DNA of 64,000 bases from a virus. The stretch is taken from IMG/VR virus record IMGVR_UViG_3300010348_000599; one strand, given 5' to 3'. Positions 17,172-30,400 of this stretch are shown in pieces; position 1 is the first letter of the stretch, and each line of letters opens with the position of its first letter. The notes under the pieces were generated by a model that was given only the letters and a program-made list of their open reading frames with translations, ran no database searches and was not told the origin of the DNA. A program made the position numbers and the translations under genes.

Positions 17172-19616
17172 ATGAAATTTGGAACAGATAACCCTCTGAA
17201 TGAGTTTATATCATATACGGTACGATACAGACTCTTTTGTACAACCAGGTTTGAAGATGCTATTAAATTAGTGCAAAATATTAATAGTGAACGTTTCTTA
17301 AACAAACTGGTTTTGTATAATACATCTGAACAAACTTTTATACGTGATAAAATAATTGATAAAGATAAAGGGTTTGTATATTACGACATTGTGGATTCTG
17401 CACGAGACGTAGATTTGTTTGTGACAAAATATGATTTGACAAGTTTTTTGAATATTAGTCCAAATGATACAAGGGGTTATGGTGAAGCTATTCAAATGCA
17501 AATTGATATTCATGAAGCATATAGTGGGAATTTTATAGGATGGTTAAGTCGTTTATTAGATGAGGCGGATTCTGAGCAACTTTTCTTTGTTATTAAGCCT
17601 ATTTTTACAGGATTAATTAATGATGGTGAAACGTTTACAGAAAAAACATATAAAGATAATCCAGCCAATATTATGATACTAACAGAATTATTGGCTGATT
17701 TCTCAACACAAGGTTCTAATTATACGTTAAAGGGTGTATGTAATATAGGCGGTATTGGTAATTTACCATCCAAGCATTTAAATATTATAGATCAGTTATC
17801 TGTTAATATTCCACCAAATTCATCGTTTGAAACCTTTTTTGAACAAACTTTAGTTCAAAAATTAAACAACATTGTAGAAACGAGACATCTAAAAGATAGT
17901 GGAACAAAAACTTTTTCAAGGTATCAATATAAAATAGTACTAGATAATGAATACAAAACAGCAGAGTATAAATTTGACAATATAACAACAATAGCAACCA
18001 AAACAGGAAAAAAAGATCCAACGTTATCGTTCAGAGATTGTAATGTTTATGACATGTTGTTTAAATTACTCGCATGTTCCAATCAAATATTAACTAATGC
18101 TCAAAAAACAGATGATTACAAAATAATAAACAACAAGAAAGTTCTCAAATACTCAAGACCTTATATAACTAGTGAAATGGTTGAAGTTAAGAATAATGTT
18201 AAAGTAATTACATTTAAAATTAATAAACAATATTTTTTCAAAACCAATGATTCTTTAAGTTTAATTAATAGTATTGAGGATATTAAAACAATTGAAAGTA
18301 TGTTTGACGTAGCTGATATACGACCTGAAATACTGATTTATCAGTATTTATTTACTGGAAAAAATGTTGATGTTTTAGATTACAGAATGGCGATATCCCG
18401 TGGTATCGTGGCCACATTAGTAAACGAATCTAATAATTTGTTAACATCTAATACACAGGTTAATGGAAATTTACTAAACACAGTAAACACAGATCAAATT
18501 TTAAATAAACAAGCAGAACAAACAGCTCTTAAAAATCAACAACAAGCCACAATAAATCAAAATAACAGTTTGACAAGTGGTTTTTATGATGTTATCAATA
18601 GAGCTAGTTTTATGGAAGTTATACAAAATAAACTAACTGTGACCGGAAATCCTATATTATTTGGTTCGTTAGCTGAGGGTTATGAAAATAGAGATTTGAA
18701 AAATAAACCTTTATTGTTTGTTCGAGAAAAAATACCAGCTATGATTTTTGTTGATGTTCAGTATCCAACATCTCCTGAATTTTGGACTCATGAAACAAAC
18801 TATACACAAAAACCACTATTAGATTCATTTTGGTATAGAGGCATCCAACAAATTTTAAAGATACAATCTGTTTTTGAAGGTAACAATTTTTATCATATTA
18901 TAGATACATATCCTTTAATGACAGACAGTCAACAAGCTGGCGACATTTTACAAGAATTAAGTAACCAAGTTGCTGAAGAATTAAAATTACAATCAACAGC
19001 TACTTCCGCTGTGGAAAAAGTAAAAAATGAACAAGAAAAAATTAACGCCGTTCAAACCGCAACTATTAAAAATACAAGTTCAAGTAAATCTGCTCAATCC
19101 ATGCATCAACGTTTACCTGCTGCTGTTGCTAACTTTAAACTAAATCCTCAAGCACCCGTGTCTCAAATAACTGTCACATCATCATATGGTGTTCCACGTA
19201 AACGTAAGAAATTAATTAAAGGTAAATATGTTACTGTTCAGGGATATCATTATGGTACTGATTTACACGCTGGTGCTGGAACTGCTGTAAAAAGTGGTAT
19301 TGCAGGAACAATAACCTGTTTTGCAACAAGTACAGATTTAGCAGCTGGCTATGGAATTGATATTGTGGGTAATAATGGTATTACTATTAGATACTTTCAC
19401 GTCAAACCATTAGCAAAATTTCTAGGAAAAAACAGAGTAACAACTGTAACAGATACGGATGTTATTGGAACAGTTGCAAACTTTCCAGCAAATTCTACAT
19501 CTAAACCACACATTCATATTGAATTATTTTATGAAGGCAAATTGTATAATTCTTTGCAGGTATTAAATAATCCCAACTTTAAAAATGATGCTGATGTTAT
19601 AAACATTCAATTTTAG
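17172..19616 (+). CDS. Baseplate hub-like protein with C-terminal M23 peptidase
   Basis: Between gp53 and gp5-like genes; C-terminal VTSSYG, HYGTD, YFH, PHIHIE zinc metallopeptidase motifs. Confidence 0.75.
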   Translation: MKFGTDNPLNEFISYTVRYRLFCTTRFEDAIKLVQNINSERFLNKLVLYNTSEQTFIRDKIIDKDKGFVYYDIVDSARDVDLFVTKYDLTSFLNISPNDTRGYGEAIQMQIDIHEAYSGNFIGWLSRLLDEADSEQLFFVIKPIFTGLINDGETFTEKTYKDNPANIMILTELLADFSTQGSNYTLKGVCNIGGIGNLPSKHLNIIDQLSVNIPPNSSFETFFEQTLVQKLNNIVETRHLKDSGTKTFSRYQYKIVLDNEYKTAEYKFDNITTIATKTGKKDPTLSFRDCNVYDMLFKLLACSNQILTNAQKTDDYKIINNKKVLKYSRPYITSEMVEVKNNVKVITFKINKQYFFKTNDSLSLINSIEDIKTIESMFDVADIRPEILIYQYLFTGKNVDVLDYRMAISRGIVATLVNESNNLLTSNTQVNGNLLNTVNTDQILNKQAEQTALKNQQQATINQNNSLTSGFYDVINRASFMEVIQNKLTVTGNPILFGSLAEGYENRDLKNKPLLFVREKIPAMIFVDVQYPTSPEFWTHETNYTQKPLLDSFWYRGIQQILKIQSVFEGNNFYHIIDTYPLMTDSQQAGDILQELSNQVAEELKLQSTATSAVEKVKNEQEKINAVQTATIKNTSSSKSAQSMHQRLPAAVANFKLNPQAPVSQITVTSSYGVPRKRKKLIKGKYVTVQGYHYGTDLHAGAGTAVKSGIAGTITCFATSTDLAAGYGIDIVGNNGITIRYFHVKPLAKFLGKNRVTTVTDTDVIGTVANFPANSTSKPHIHIELFYEGKLYNSLQVLNNPNFKNDADVINIQF

Positions 19617-19624
19617 GAACAAAT

Positions 19625-21097
19625 ATGTCAATTGATATTTCTGAAGAATATTATGATCGCGAACCCCACACTTTTTCAAAAATAACACTTGGAGTTGTTG
19701 AAAAAGTAGACGACACACTTCAACAATTACGTTTGTATATTAGATGTCCATCTCTTGGTGATTTTCCAGAAAAATTAACAGATGATTTACCAGTTAGTTT
19801 TTTAATGTCACCATTATTGGGAGAATCTGTGTATCGAGATGATGGTTCAGGTTTACCAGAGGGCTCAACATGCTATGGGTTGGTTTTACCACCACGAGTG
19901 GGTGCTCAAGCTATTGTTGCTTGTATTGATGATAATACTGATCTACGTATCTGTTTGGGATTTATTAATACAGACTTTATTTTAGACACATTTCCGGGAG
20001 GACGCTACACAACAAGTAACAACACAGCAGTTGGTCCTCTCACATCAGATGAATATGCGTTATCTAAACAAAGTCGATATTATGCACAAGCTTTTGGTGA
20101 TTATGATGAATCTAATTTCGAAAAAATATCAAGATGTTATGATAGACCCATCTCTAAAATACCAGATTATCTTGAAGAGGAAATAAAAAACATAACAACA
20201 AATGATACACCATTAAAAATGAATAATGGTAGTGATATACAGTTAAATCAAGGTTATATTGATGACCCCAACTTGCCTGACGTGGATCAAAAAGCAGGTA
20301 CTGTATATGGATTAACTACACCAATGGGTCATATGATTTATTGTGATGATGCTCCTACTAATAGTAGAGTCAAGGTTAGAACAGCAAATGGTTCCCAAAT
20401 ATTACTTGATGATACAAATGAAAGAATTTATATTAATACTGCAGAGGGCAATAGTTGGATAGAGATGGATTATGATGGAAATGTTGATATGTTCTGTTAT
20501 AACTATAATGTGCATGCCACCAATGATGTTAATATCACTGCTGATAACAATATCAACATAAAATCAACAAATTTCAATAATGTGGTTGTTAACAATGCTA
20601 AATTCAAGCAAAACAATCTTAGTATTGATACTACAACAAAAACCATTTTATACTCAAACATAATAAATGAAACATTTAATACTCACGTATACAAAAGCGA
20701 TAATACAGAAGCTTTATGTACAAACTTCAAACAAAAATCCACAAATATTTCTTTTGATAGTGATAAGTTTGAATCTCTATCACAAACATTGCTTTTAACA
20801 GGATCTGATACAAATATTTTAGGTTCATCCCAAATATTACTAACAGGTGGCTCTATACATTTTAATGGTCCTGGTGCACAAGCAGCTAATAGTGTCACTA
20901 CAACAACACCCGAGATGCCCACCTTTACAAAATGGACAACTCGTCGTCCTGATCATGAACCTTGGCCGAGAATGAGTTTTGCTGATGATGATGTAAATCA
21001 TACAGTGTATAAATTTAGTTCTACAGATCCCAATATTGGAAAGGAAAATATATCAAACTTAATGTATAGACGCAGAAACGCTTTTTGGAGAAGATGA
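19625..21097 (+). CDS. Baseplate central spike, gp5/VgrG-like
   Basis: N-terminal OB-fold-like region (PPRVGAQ), RTANGSQILLDDT, SWIEMDYDGNVD, beta-repeat region, PDHEPW. Confidence 0.8.
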   Translation: MSIDISEEYYDREPHTFSKITLGVVEKVDDTLQQLRLYIRCPSLGDFPEKLTDDLPVSFLMSPLLGESVYRDDGSGLPEGSTCYGLVLPPRVGAQAIVACIDDNTDLRICLGFINTDFILDTFPGGRYTTSNNTAVGPLTSDEYALSKQSRYYAQAFGDYDESNFEKISRCYDRPISKIPDYLEEEIKNITTNDTPLKMNNGSDIQLNQGYIDDPNLPDVDQKAGTVYGLTTPMGHMIYCDDAPTNSRVKVRTANGSQILLDDTNERIYINTAEGNSWIEMDYDGNVDMFCYNYNVHATNDVNITADNNINIKSTNFNNVVVNNAKFKQNNLSIDTTTKTILYSNIINETFNTHVYKSDNTEALCTNFKQKSTNISFDSDKFESLSQTLLLTGSDTNILGSSQILLTGGSIHFNGPGAQAANSVTTTTPEMPTFTKWTTRRPDHEPWPRMSFADDDVNHTVYKFSSTDPNIGKENISNLMYRRRNAFWRR

Positions 21098-21133
21098 ATA
21101 CAACTGTTAAATACATAAAAATTTAGTTACATC

Positions 21134-21511
21134 ATGAATATTGTGTTTAAGGGAATTTCAACATTTTTGTATGGAATTTCACAAAGGAAAATTAGCTTAC
21201 AGGATGAAGACCTAATAAAACGTGATATATTAAACGCTTTGTTTACATTAAAGGGCTCTGTTCCAAAAAATCGTAATTTCGGAACAAGTTTACCAACTTT
21301 GTTAATGAAACAAATGACTGATGAATTAATAGTAGATGTTAAACAAGAAATATTACAAACCCTATCAAATGAACCTAGAATTAGGGTTACTAACATTTCT
21401 GAAACAGTTAACTACGAACAAAAACGTTTGGATTTCATTATAGTTTTTGAAATAGTAACAATTCCTTTTTCAAATTCAGTATTGGATTTATTTTTAACTT
21501 TCACAGGGTAA
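21134..21511 (+). CDS. gp25: Baseplate wedge subunit gp25
   Basis: LIKRDILN.L.T.KG....NFGT...EPRI motif. Confidence 0.88.
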   Translation: MNIVFKGISTFLYGISQRKISLQDEDLIKRDILNALFTLKGSVPKNRNFGTSLPTLLMKQMTDELIVDVKQEILQTLSNEPRIRVTNISETVNYEQKRLDFIIVFEIVTIPFSNSVLDLFLTFTG

Positions 21512-21520
21512 TACAAATCA

Positions 21521-24427
21521 ATGTCAAAATTTAATATAGTTAAACAATCTTATCAATTAGCAACGTTTTCGGCGTATGATTTTGCTACTGTTAAAAGAGC
21601 TCTGGTTGATAACATCAAACGAGAATTTCCTGAAACATTTAATGATTTTACAGAATTTAGTGAACTAATAATGATCATTAATTCATTTGCGTACATATCA
21701 GAATTATTCGCTTATAGATTGGATATAAACGCACAAGAAAACTTTATTCAGTTAGCTAGCATCAAAGAAAATGTCATAAGATTGGCACAATGGATAGGAT
21801 ATAACCCTAAACGTTGCATTCCAGCCAGGGGATTATTTAAATTACAATCCCTTACGCCATCTTTTGATGTTATTGACAATAGAGGTGAAAATTTACGTAA
21901 CAAAACTATTAGATGGAATGATCCCAATAATGTGTTTTGGAAATCTCAGTTTTTAACAATTATACAAACAAGTATAAACGAAGAATTACAAAATCCACTG
22001 GAATCTAATAGAGTGCAGATTAATAATACATTAATTGAAAAATATTCTTTTGAAAATTTACAATCGAAATTTGGTACACTTTCATTCAAATCTTTGGATG
22101 GTACCAATTTCAATGTATTATCTTCCACAATAGATGAAAAGGGTTTTGTCGAAAACAATCCAAGATCAACAAATAAAACATCATTGTTTTTCTTAGATGA
22201 TAGCACTAGCGATTCTTCTCCAACAACAGGCTTCTTTTTAGATGCTGTGCAGGGAGATATTCAGAGCATACCAGTTTTATTTGAAAATATAGTACCAAAT
22301 CGCACACACGCAATAAATGTACCGAATATAAATGAATTTGATGTTTGGTTATATGAGGTTGACACGAATCAGTTTTGGTATAATTCAAGTAAGCTGTATT
22401 TTATAGACAAACCATCAACAAAACTTTTTAAAGTTAATACCATTAATGACAATACTATTGATTTAGAATTTGGTGATGGTGTTATTAGTGAAATTCCTGT
22501 AGGAAATTTCTTGGTATTTTTTAGAACATCAATTAATGATAACATTTTAATTGATAAAAATTCACTAAGTAACTTATCAATCAATATTCCATTATTCATA
22601 AACAACAATAAAACCAACTTAAATGCATCTATCAGTTGTGAAACGGATCTTTACGCTATTGGTTCAGAAGATATGCAACATATTAAACGAGTTGCATCTT
22701 CACTCTACCAAACACAAGATAGATTAGTCACTGAATATGATTTCAAACACTTCCTGCAACAAGATCCAAGAATTTTGTGTGCCAATCCTCAAAATATAAA
22801 ATCAATCGGTGAAACATCATATTTTAAATGGATGCAACAATCTAATTCAAATTTTAATTTGTTGTTTGATGATTTGTATATTTTTAATGATGTTGAAATA
22901 AGTGTCGATAGTTATAATGATATATCAATACAAGATGTTATAGAAAGAATTGAACAGTTACTTGCCCAAAATACTTTAATGCAAACTCAATCATCTTTAT
23001 TCATGATAAATCCAACAAGAAGTCTATTCAATAGACAGGTAGGAAGTGAATTTGATACATTACAAACTTTATTAGGGTCTAGTAATAATACACTAACAAA
23101 CTTTCCTTTATGTTTATCAAAATCAACTACGAACGATATTTGGGAATTTACGATAACATCAAGACAACAAAACAATCCTGTTTGGAATTTTAATAATATA
23201 ATAATTGTGGATAAAATTTCAACAAATACTAATACCGTTTGGAAAATCTATAGTAAACATACTAATATTGTTGTTGGTAAAAATAATACTCAATTTATTC
23301 ACAATGATTTCTTAACACAACAGAAATTTACAATCCATCCATATAATTTGAATATGAATAATATACCACTATCAAATACCATAACATTAGAAACAGTTAG
23401 TAGTGTAATACATAACGGGTTGATTGTAAAGAACGCTCTACGTGCATATAGTAAGGATACTGACAACAATGGTATACCAAATATTTTAAATTTACATGAT
23501 GAATTAAATTTCTCTTTAAAACATTATATTTGTTCCACATATATCGAGAGTGGAAATTATTATATAGATATACCATTTGAAAATCTACCTGTTATACCTT
23601 ACACAAATGACGTAACTAAGGTAACAGATACAAGCAACAACAACGTTGTGTATGAGTACGGCACTAATAATTATGAGCCAACCAGAAAAATCAAAGTATT
23701 GACAACAGATACATCTGTTAATGTGTTTGTTAAACAATATATCTTTATTAAAACAAGTAGTACATATGAAATCATCAACAAATCATATGACATTTTTAAT
23801 AAAATCATTGCTGTCAATGATAAACATCCCGAATACAAACGTTGCATTGGAAAGGGTAATGTAATTGGTAAATATAATTTTAATATACCTTTTTATCAAG
23901 TACTGAATCCTGAACACACCAATTTAATAACAATTGATATTATAACAAAACAAATGATAGAATCATTTAAAAAATATCTTTCTTATGATGTACCGTATGT
24001 GCCAGAAAATTCGTTTGATCTAACCAATAAGTTCACCTACCTCATACAAAAAAGTATGTTTACTGATGTGGTATCATTGTCACCAGGTAAAATTTCAGCA
24101 TTTATTGGAAGTAAAAGTGATATATCAAGACGGTATGTTATTAATATTCGCAAGAATCCCAATGGATATATGCTACCTATTGATATAAAAAACGCTGTTA
24201 TACAAATTTTAACAGAGGCATTCGAATCCGATTTTGTTATGGGTGAGATAATTTACGCAGCTCAAATTATAGGTATAATAATGTATAAATTATCTCAAGA
24301 GGTTCTAGATATAAATATACTATCTACTAATCCTCTAACCTTTGGACAAGAGATAGATACAATTGTTGGTGATTCAAACGAACTCTTATATCCCCACATT
24401 ACATATAATGACATAAACATCAGTTGA
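21521..24427 (+). CDS. gp6: Baseplate wedge subunit gp6-like
   Basis: YDF...FNDFTEFSE...ENFI.LA...LA..IGY.PKR, LEFGDG...IP.G, QDRLVTEYD. Confidence 0.88.
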   Translation: MSKFNIVKQSYQLATFSAYDFATVKRALVDNIKREFPETFNDFTEFSELIMIINSFAYISELFAYRLDINAQENFIQLASIKENVIRLAQWIGYNPKRCIPARGLFKLQSLTPSFDVIDNRGENLRNKTIRWNDPNNVFWKSQFLTIIQTSINEELQNPLESNRVQINNTLIEKYSFENLQSKFGTLSFKSLDGTNFNVLSSTIDEKGFVENNPRSTNKTSLFFLDDSTSDSSPTTGFFLDAVQGDIQSIPVLFENIVPNRTHAINVPNINEFDVWLYEVDTNQFWYNSSKLYFIDKPSTKLFKVNTINDNTIDLEFGDGVISEIPVGNFLVFFRTSINDNILIDKNSLSNLSINIPLFINNNKTNLNASISCETDLYAIGSEDMQHIKRVASSLYQTQDRLVTEYDFKHFLQQDPRILCANPQNIKSIGETSYFKWMQQSNSNFNLLFDDLYIFNDVEISVDSYNDISIQDVIERIEQLLAQNTLMQTQSSLFMINPTRSLFNRQVGSEFDTLQTLLGSSNNTLTNFPLCLSKSTTNDIWEFTITSRQQNNPVWNFNNIIIVDKISTNTNTVWKIYSKHTNIVVGKNNTQFIHNDFLTQQKFTIHPYNLNMNNIPLSNTITLETVSSVIHNGLIVKNALRAYSKDTDNNGIPNILNLHDELNFSLKHYICSTYIESGNYYIDIPFENLPVIPYTNDVTKVTDTSNNNVVYEYGTNNYEPTRKIKVLTTDTSVNVFVKQYIFIKTSSTYEIINKSYDIFNKIIAVNDKHPEYKRCIGKGNVIGKYNFNIPFYQVLNPEHTNLITIDIITKQMIESFKKYLSYDVPYVPENSFDLTNKFTYLIQKSMFTDVVSLSPGKISAFIGSKSDISRRYVINIRKNPNGYMLPIDIKNAVIQILTEAFESDFVMGEIIYAAQIIGIIMYKLSQEVLDINILSTNPLTFGQEIDTIVGDSNELLYPHITYNDINIS

Positions 24428-24485
24428 CCCTGTTTCTTAAAACAGGGAAACTTTGTTAAATATTTTTATCAAAGTTATAACGGTT

Positions 24486-27400
24486 ATGTCTAAAAAAATT
24501 ATTTCATTAATTCCTGACACTATCAAGTCACCAATAAATCGCGTCTTATATGATAAGGTTTTCCAGAAATATTTTGATCCAAAGGATCAAAATATTTCTA
24601 CTATTAATATGGATCTTGATAGAGAAAAATATGAAATAACACCATCTGTAAATATTGATAGTAATATTTCTTATTATCAACCCATCATAACCATTGATAA
24701 CAAAGAATATAGTTTTTACGATATAATAAGTCTTTTGCAATATCAAAATTTTAATATAGGATTAGATAATACATTTCATAATAATGGAATGGATGTTTGG
24801 GCATCATGTAAGACAAATAGTTTAAAATTACCCATTAACATTGATAAATTTGTTAATTATACTGACTATTGTTGGGTAGGTAATACAAAGCCAAATTATG
24901 TTGTTATCAGAAATGATTTTATCCAACAAAAAGAAATTGAAATTAACAATGCACGAGTAGCAAACAACAACGCTCTTGTTGCTATTCTCCAATCTGAAAT
25001 TACAAATAACATTAACACTCTAGATCCAAATGGTGGGTTTGATAATGCATCTTATGGATTTGATGAATATAATTTCGATTCACAAATTGTAAGCACTAGT
25101 ACACTATCTGGTACAAATTGGGAATTTAATAACAGATGGATTCACAAAGATGATTTGGAAATTGGTGCTCAATATCAAATTGCAAAAATGCCAATTATAG
25201 AATATTCAAATAAAATTGAATTAGTGAAATGGATTAAAATTACCCATGCATGGAAATACCGTATTTCATCTGTTGCAGAATGGCAGGAAGTTGATTTTGC
25301 TCCATCATCTCAAGAAATATTATCTGGTCAACGTGAGCTTGTTGATATATTCACATATAATTACATTAACAACAATGATAAAAGAATATATTTTTTAGCA
25401 AATTCAATACCCTTTTTGAATGGATCTCAATTTGTTATTGATGGTTCTGATATTAGATGGACTGTTAATGGTGCAATTCAAACTGACGTATCAGGTTTGA
25501 AATATATCGAAGTTTTAGAAGATAATTTTAGATATTTCAGGTTTAGTGATTCGAAACAATTAGTTATATTAGACAACTATGACGTGATTAATGTTGATAG
25601 TACTGGAGCTAATACTACTATAACTGTTAAGGGTAATCTATCAAGTTTCATTAGTCTTAGTGGTTCTTTTACAATATTGAATTTTTTCAATGAGTTTGCT
25701 CAAATTTACAATTATGATTCATACATCATAAACTCAGGCAATACTGTTATAACTTTAAACAACGCATCTCCACGTCCAACTAATGATTTAAATGGACGAT
25801 TCACACCAACAACATTTACCTCCCAGGGAGATGAGTGGATAGGTTTCTTCAATCAATGGTGTTATGATGGTATTAAACATTCAAAAGTCACTAATGATGT
25901 TGTTGAAATACAACCAATAGGTATTGATATTAATAAAAACACTCTCAATGAAATTGTTCAAGTAATAGAATTAGGTACAAGTGTACCTAATTCAGATCTG
26001 TTAGTGAAGTTAACCATTAATAATATATCAGTTTATGATTTTGAATATGGTAATTATGATGGAATTACTTTTGAGCCCTTAACATCCATATATGGATTAA
26101 TTAATGCTATTAAATTGAAAAATGCAATAACCATAACCGTCCCACTAAATATCAAGATCACGGTTGGTGCTTGTACTGCAACAGATATACCAAAAGAAAA
26201 TCTACAAGTCAGAACGGATATCGAAACAAAGACTATATCAAATGTTTCTTTATTGGAATATCAAACTTTTAATCAAAAACAAACAAAATTTAACATATAT
26301 CCATTGTTCAAACAATACACTCTTTCTGCGACACCCCAATTAATGGATAAAGGTGTTCATATTATTAAACACAAACAAGACAAAAATGGATTGTATATAC
26401 CTGAAATCAACACTACTGTTGCAAATAACAACAGTGACCTTTTGTTTGATATAGATATCTGCCAAGATTCAAAACATACAATGTATAAGATTAACAACGA
26501 ATACAAACATCTTTGGTCCAATCAAACCACAACAGTTGTTCCTATTCTACAAGTTGATTCTAATGGTTATGCACCATCTTCAATACATTACACAAGTAAC
26601 ACAACACAATTTCCTTCAATTCCAGATTACTTATATGGAAATATAAACAACAACACATTTAGTGTTGTATCTAGAAATGATTTGTCAAAACATTTTGATA
26701 CAATAGCTCAACTTAATAATGCACCAATTAGAGTATTGAGTGATGTTAATTACCATGATAACACCATATCCAATTTGAATATTTTTGATACTATTTTCCC
26801 ATACGTAGTGAATATCATAACCAACAACAAAAAAATTGATGTGGTATTTGAAGCTCACAAACAAATGCGATTATCTTATCTTAGTATTTTCTTAAATGAA
26901 TTATTCCAAACATTCAATGGAACCAATTTTTTAAATAAAAATGATTGGTATGAAAATATTAAAAATCAAATTTTAATATATGATTCATTAAAAATCTATG
27001 ATAATCAATTGAATCATCCACTAACACCTGCTATGCTAACAAAATCATTTGCTACACAACCGTTTGTTAGTTCAAATTACTTAATGTCACATGATGGTAT
27101 ATTGATTGAATATGATATGCTAAAGTCTTTATATATAAATAAAATGACACTTACGTCTACATATGCAACAACACCGCCGTTATCGCCATCAATTAATCAG
27201 GTATACTACGACAATGACCATTTTTACATTTACAATGGTGTTGTATGGCAACAAGAAACAATACATAGTGTAGTTTTAGATATATTATCAATGCTTGAAA
27301 CAGAATTGTATAATATGTGCATTACTATAGATAGCCCTATTCTCAATGCACAGATTAATAATGCTCATTTTGAGCGTACCCAAACACAATTATACCTAAA

Positions 27401-30400
27401 ATATGCTGATTCAATTCAAAATAAATATCCTTTTTCCAATAGAACAGAGTATGATTTATCAAATGCTTTTACGTGGAATTATCTGGAAATTATTGATATC
27501 ACAAACGTAACATCACCAATTGTTGGATTACCTACATTAACAATTAACCATTGGGGTGCATCCTACAAAGAAATATATAACAATTTATTTAATACACCAT
27601 ATCCAAACATTGAACCTTGGAAAATTCAAGGCTACAAGTTGAAGCCTTCTTGGTGGGACACGTATTATAAAGATAACACCAATACAAGATTATGGAATTC
27701 TTTGATGTGGTCAAACATTTTGTCTGGTATTGTACCTTCTTCGGAATTGTTACCTGATCATATTACGGTTAGTACAGGCTCAATCGGTAGCTGTCAAATG
27801 TATAATTTTGTACCTGTTAATACAACAGCTAGTGTAATTGGTGGCGTAATGTCAGATGGATTGTTGCCACCATTTAGAAGTGTGGTTGATTCGTTATATA
27901 ATAATGTATTAATTAACAACGTTAATTTAATCGATTTATCAATGTCTAATAATGCTGAAGATGTATTCGGTTATGGAACTCTAAGTGAGTGGAGATGGAA
28001 ACAACAAATAACCCATAATTATGATGTGTTGTTAGGTATGGTTAAATCAGATCCAAGAAATTTATTTAAATTCCGTAATGTTATTGAAATTGATAACGTT
28101 AAATTTAACAATGGATTATTAATAACGCCATCAAATATTAGAGACGTTGATGTTAATTTCATATACGAGTTATACAAAAAATATGGAAACTTTTATAATA
28201 AATTACTTTCACCTGAAGAGTTTACTGACTTGAACACATCAATGGCAATAATACCTGGAACATATGTTAACAGAGATGTTGTTGCAATAGATCAAATTAA
28301 TAGGGATTTGGTTGATGTGCTGCGGAAACAAAATCAATTTAATGTAATCAAACCCGTCACAAATTTTAAAATATCCATACAAAATATAGATGCTTCTAAA
28401 CGCTCTGATTTGTTACATAATTGCTCTTTCAGCATAAACTCTGTAACATCATCTGTAAATGTTGTAGAAATTTTTCCATCAATTTATAGCAAATTAGCAT
28501 TCACTACATCAAATTCTGCAACAATAAATACTGATGTTTATAATCAGCTCATAACTGGAACAAAAATAACCGTAACGTGGGATGGATATACACCAGAAGA
28601 ATTCATTGAACAAACAGATTTTTACGTAATAAAACGAGGGTCAAATACAATATCTTTATGCAGATCAATAAAAGAACTTGATACTACAAACTACATCAAT
28701 TTACCTATAAATTATCCATATGACGTGTATATTGGTGTAATAACAAAACAATTTGGTGTATTGAACCGTCAAATAATATCAAAAGATTTTAATATTTATG
28801 CATCAAATTTTAATGAATCACGGACTGTTACGCTACCTGTTATTGTAAATGGAATTCAGGAATTAATTAATTTTTTACATGGATATGTTTTAAAACTCAA
28901 CAATGAAGGAATTTTTGAAACACATTTTACATTACAAAACACTAACGAGGTGTATAATAGAGTTGAAAATTTTCAATTGGCATTGGAAATATTACTCGCA
29001 ACAATCTACGACGATAAAACAAACAGAACATTGTTTTTTGGAAATGATTATTATTGTAACATATTTAAAAACACATTATTTATCAATACAGAAAAACAGT
29101 TATTATCATTAGCTCATGATGAACAATTACGAGACTTGTCGTTATTATATGATATGCAAAATAATAATATACCAACTTCTCAAATTGTAGCATTCCGAAC
29201 TAATCCAATTATCGTTGAATCTGCTGTTAATATAGGTGGTGCTTTGTTGAGTTTAACAACTTCACAAGATATCATTAAACTAGATAACACTGTTTTTACA
29301 ATGCATAACAAAGCATACCCGTCATCAATTTCTTTGACGAGTGGTGTATTATCTACAACTGCTGGATTTGTTGATATTGATGGTACGTATGAATATAATT
29401 TTGAGGAGTTAACTACAAACTTTAAAAATATAAACACAACATCCAAAACCAATCCTCAACTAAAGTCTTTATCACAACAACAACTTGGGTATCAACCAAT
29501 TTCCAATAATAGTTTATATGGTTTATCTGATGATGGTGGATTTAAATTATGGAGAGAATCACTACACCAAAAAGGTTCGTATGAAAATTTAGTACCGTTT
29601 CAAACAGGGTTTAACCAATCTGTGGACACGTATCAGTTAATCAACAGTTATCAATATTCTTTTGGTGAGGATTTCATATTCAACATAACAAACATTGATT
29701 TGAACAATAAGACATACATGAAACAAAATTCAATATTTGATTTTAATAATATACCAATCGACATGAATTTTGATAACAATTTCATGCTTTTGGATTCTAC
29801 CACTATTTCAAGCAGCTCAGCTGTATCTAATATTGATTTCAATGTGTCTAATCATAATGAATATTGTTTGGATATTCATTTTGCTGTGGATGAACCTATT
29901 GTTAAATTTTCAATTCCGAGATTTACCACCACCACTATGACATATAGTATTACTCAAAATACAGACATAACAGGTGTGGAACTGTTTATAAATGGTAGTA
30001 AAACAAGTTTTACTTATGTAAAACTTTCAAATAGTTTTGATATATCGTGTATAATTAATGATCAGCAAACAACTGATGTTGTAATTATTTTACCAACATA
30101 TATTCGTAAAAATCATTACACATTCATTGAACCTTATAAAATTTCTTTTGATTTGGTTGACGTACTTATTACATCAAATACAAATTGTGATTTGTTAGCT
30201 GCATCTATATCAACACCGAGTGTATTGATGACAGAAACAAATTTATCTTCTTTGAAAAAGTTTGAATATGTTGACTTGGCGAATGGTGTTGTACCATATG
30301 TTGATTATGTTTCCAACACCGACCCTTTTTTACAATTATATAATGTTGTTGATAATGTTGAAATATCAAACACATCAAATCGCTGCACACAAATGATCAA

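Noticed and set aside
24428..24447. Hairpin CCCTGTTTCTTAAAACAGGG resembling the IS left-end hairpin
   Set aside because: No TTAC/AAAG context, no flanking homology and no right end; more simply an intergenic terminator or processing hairpin.
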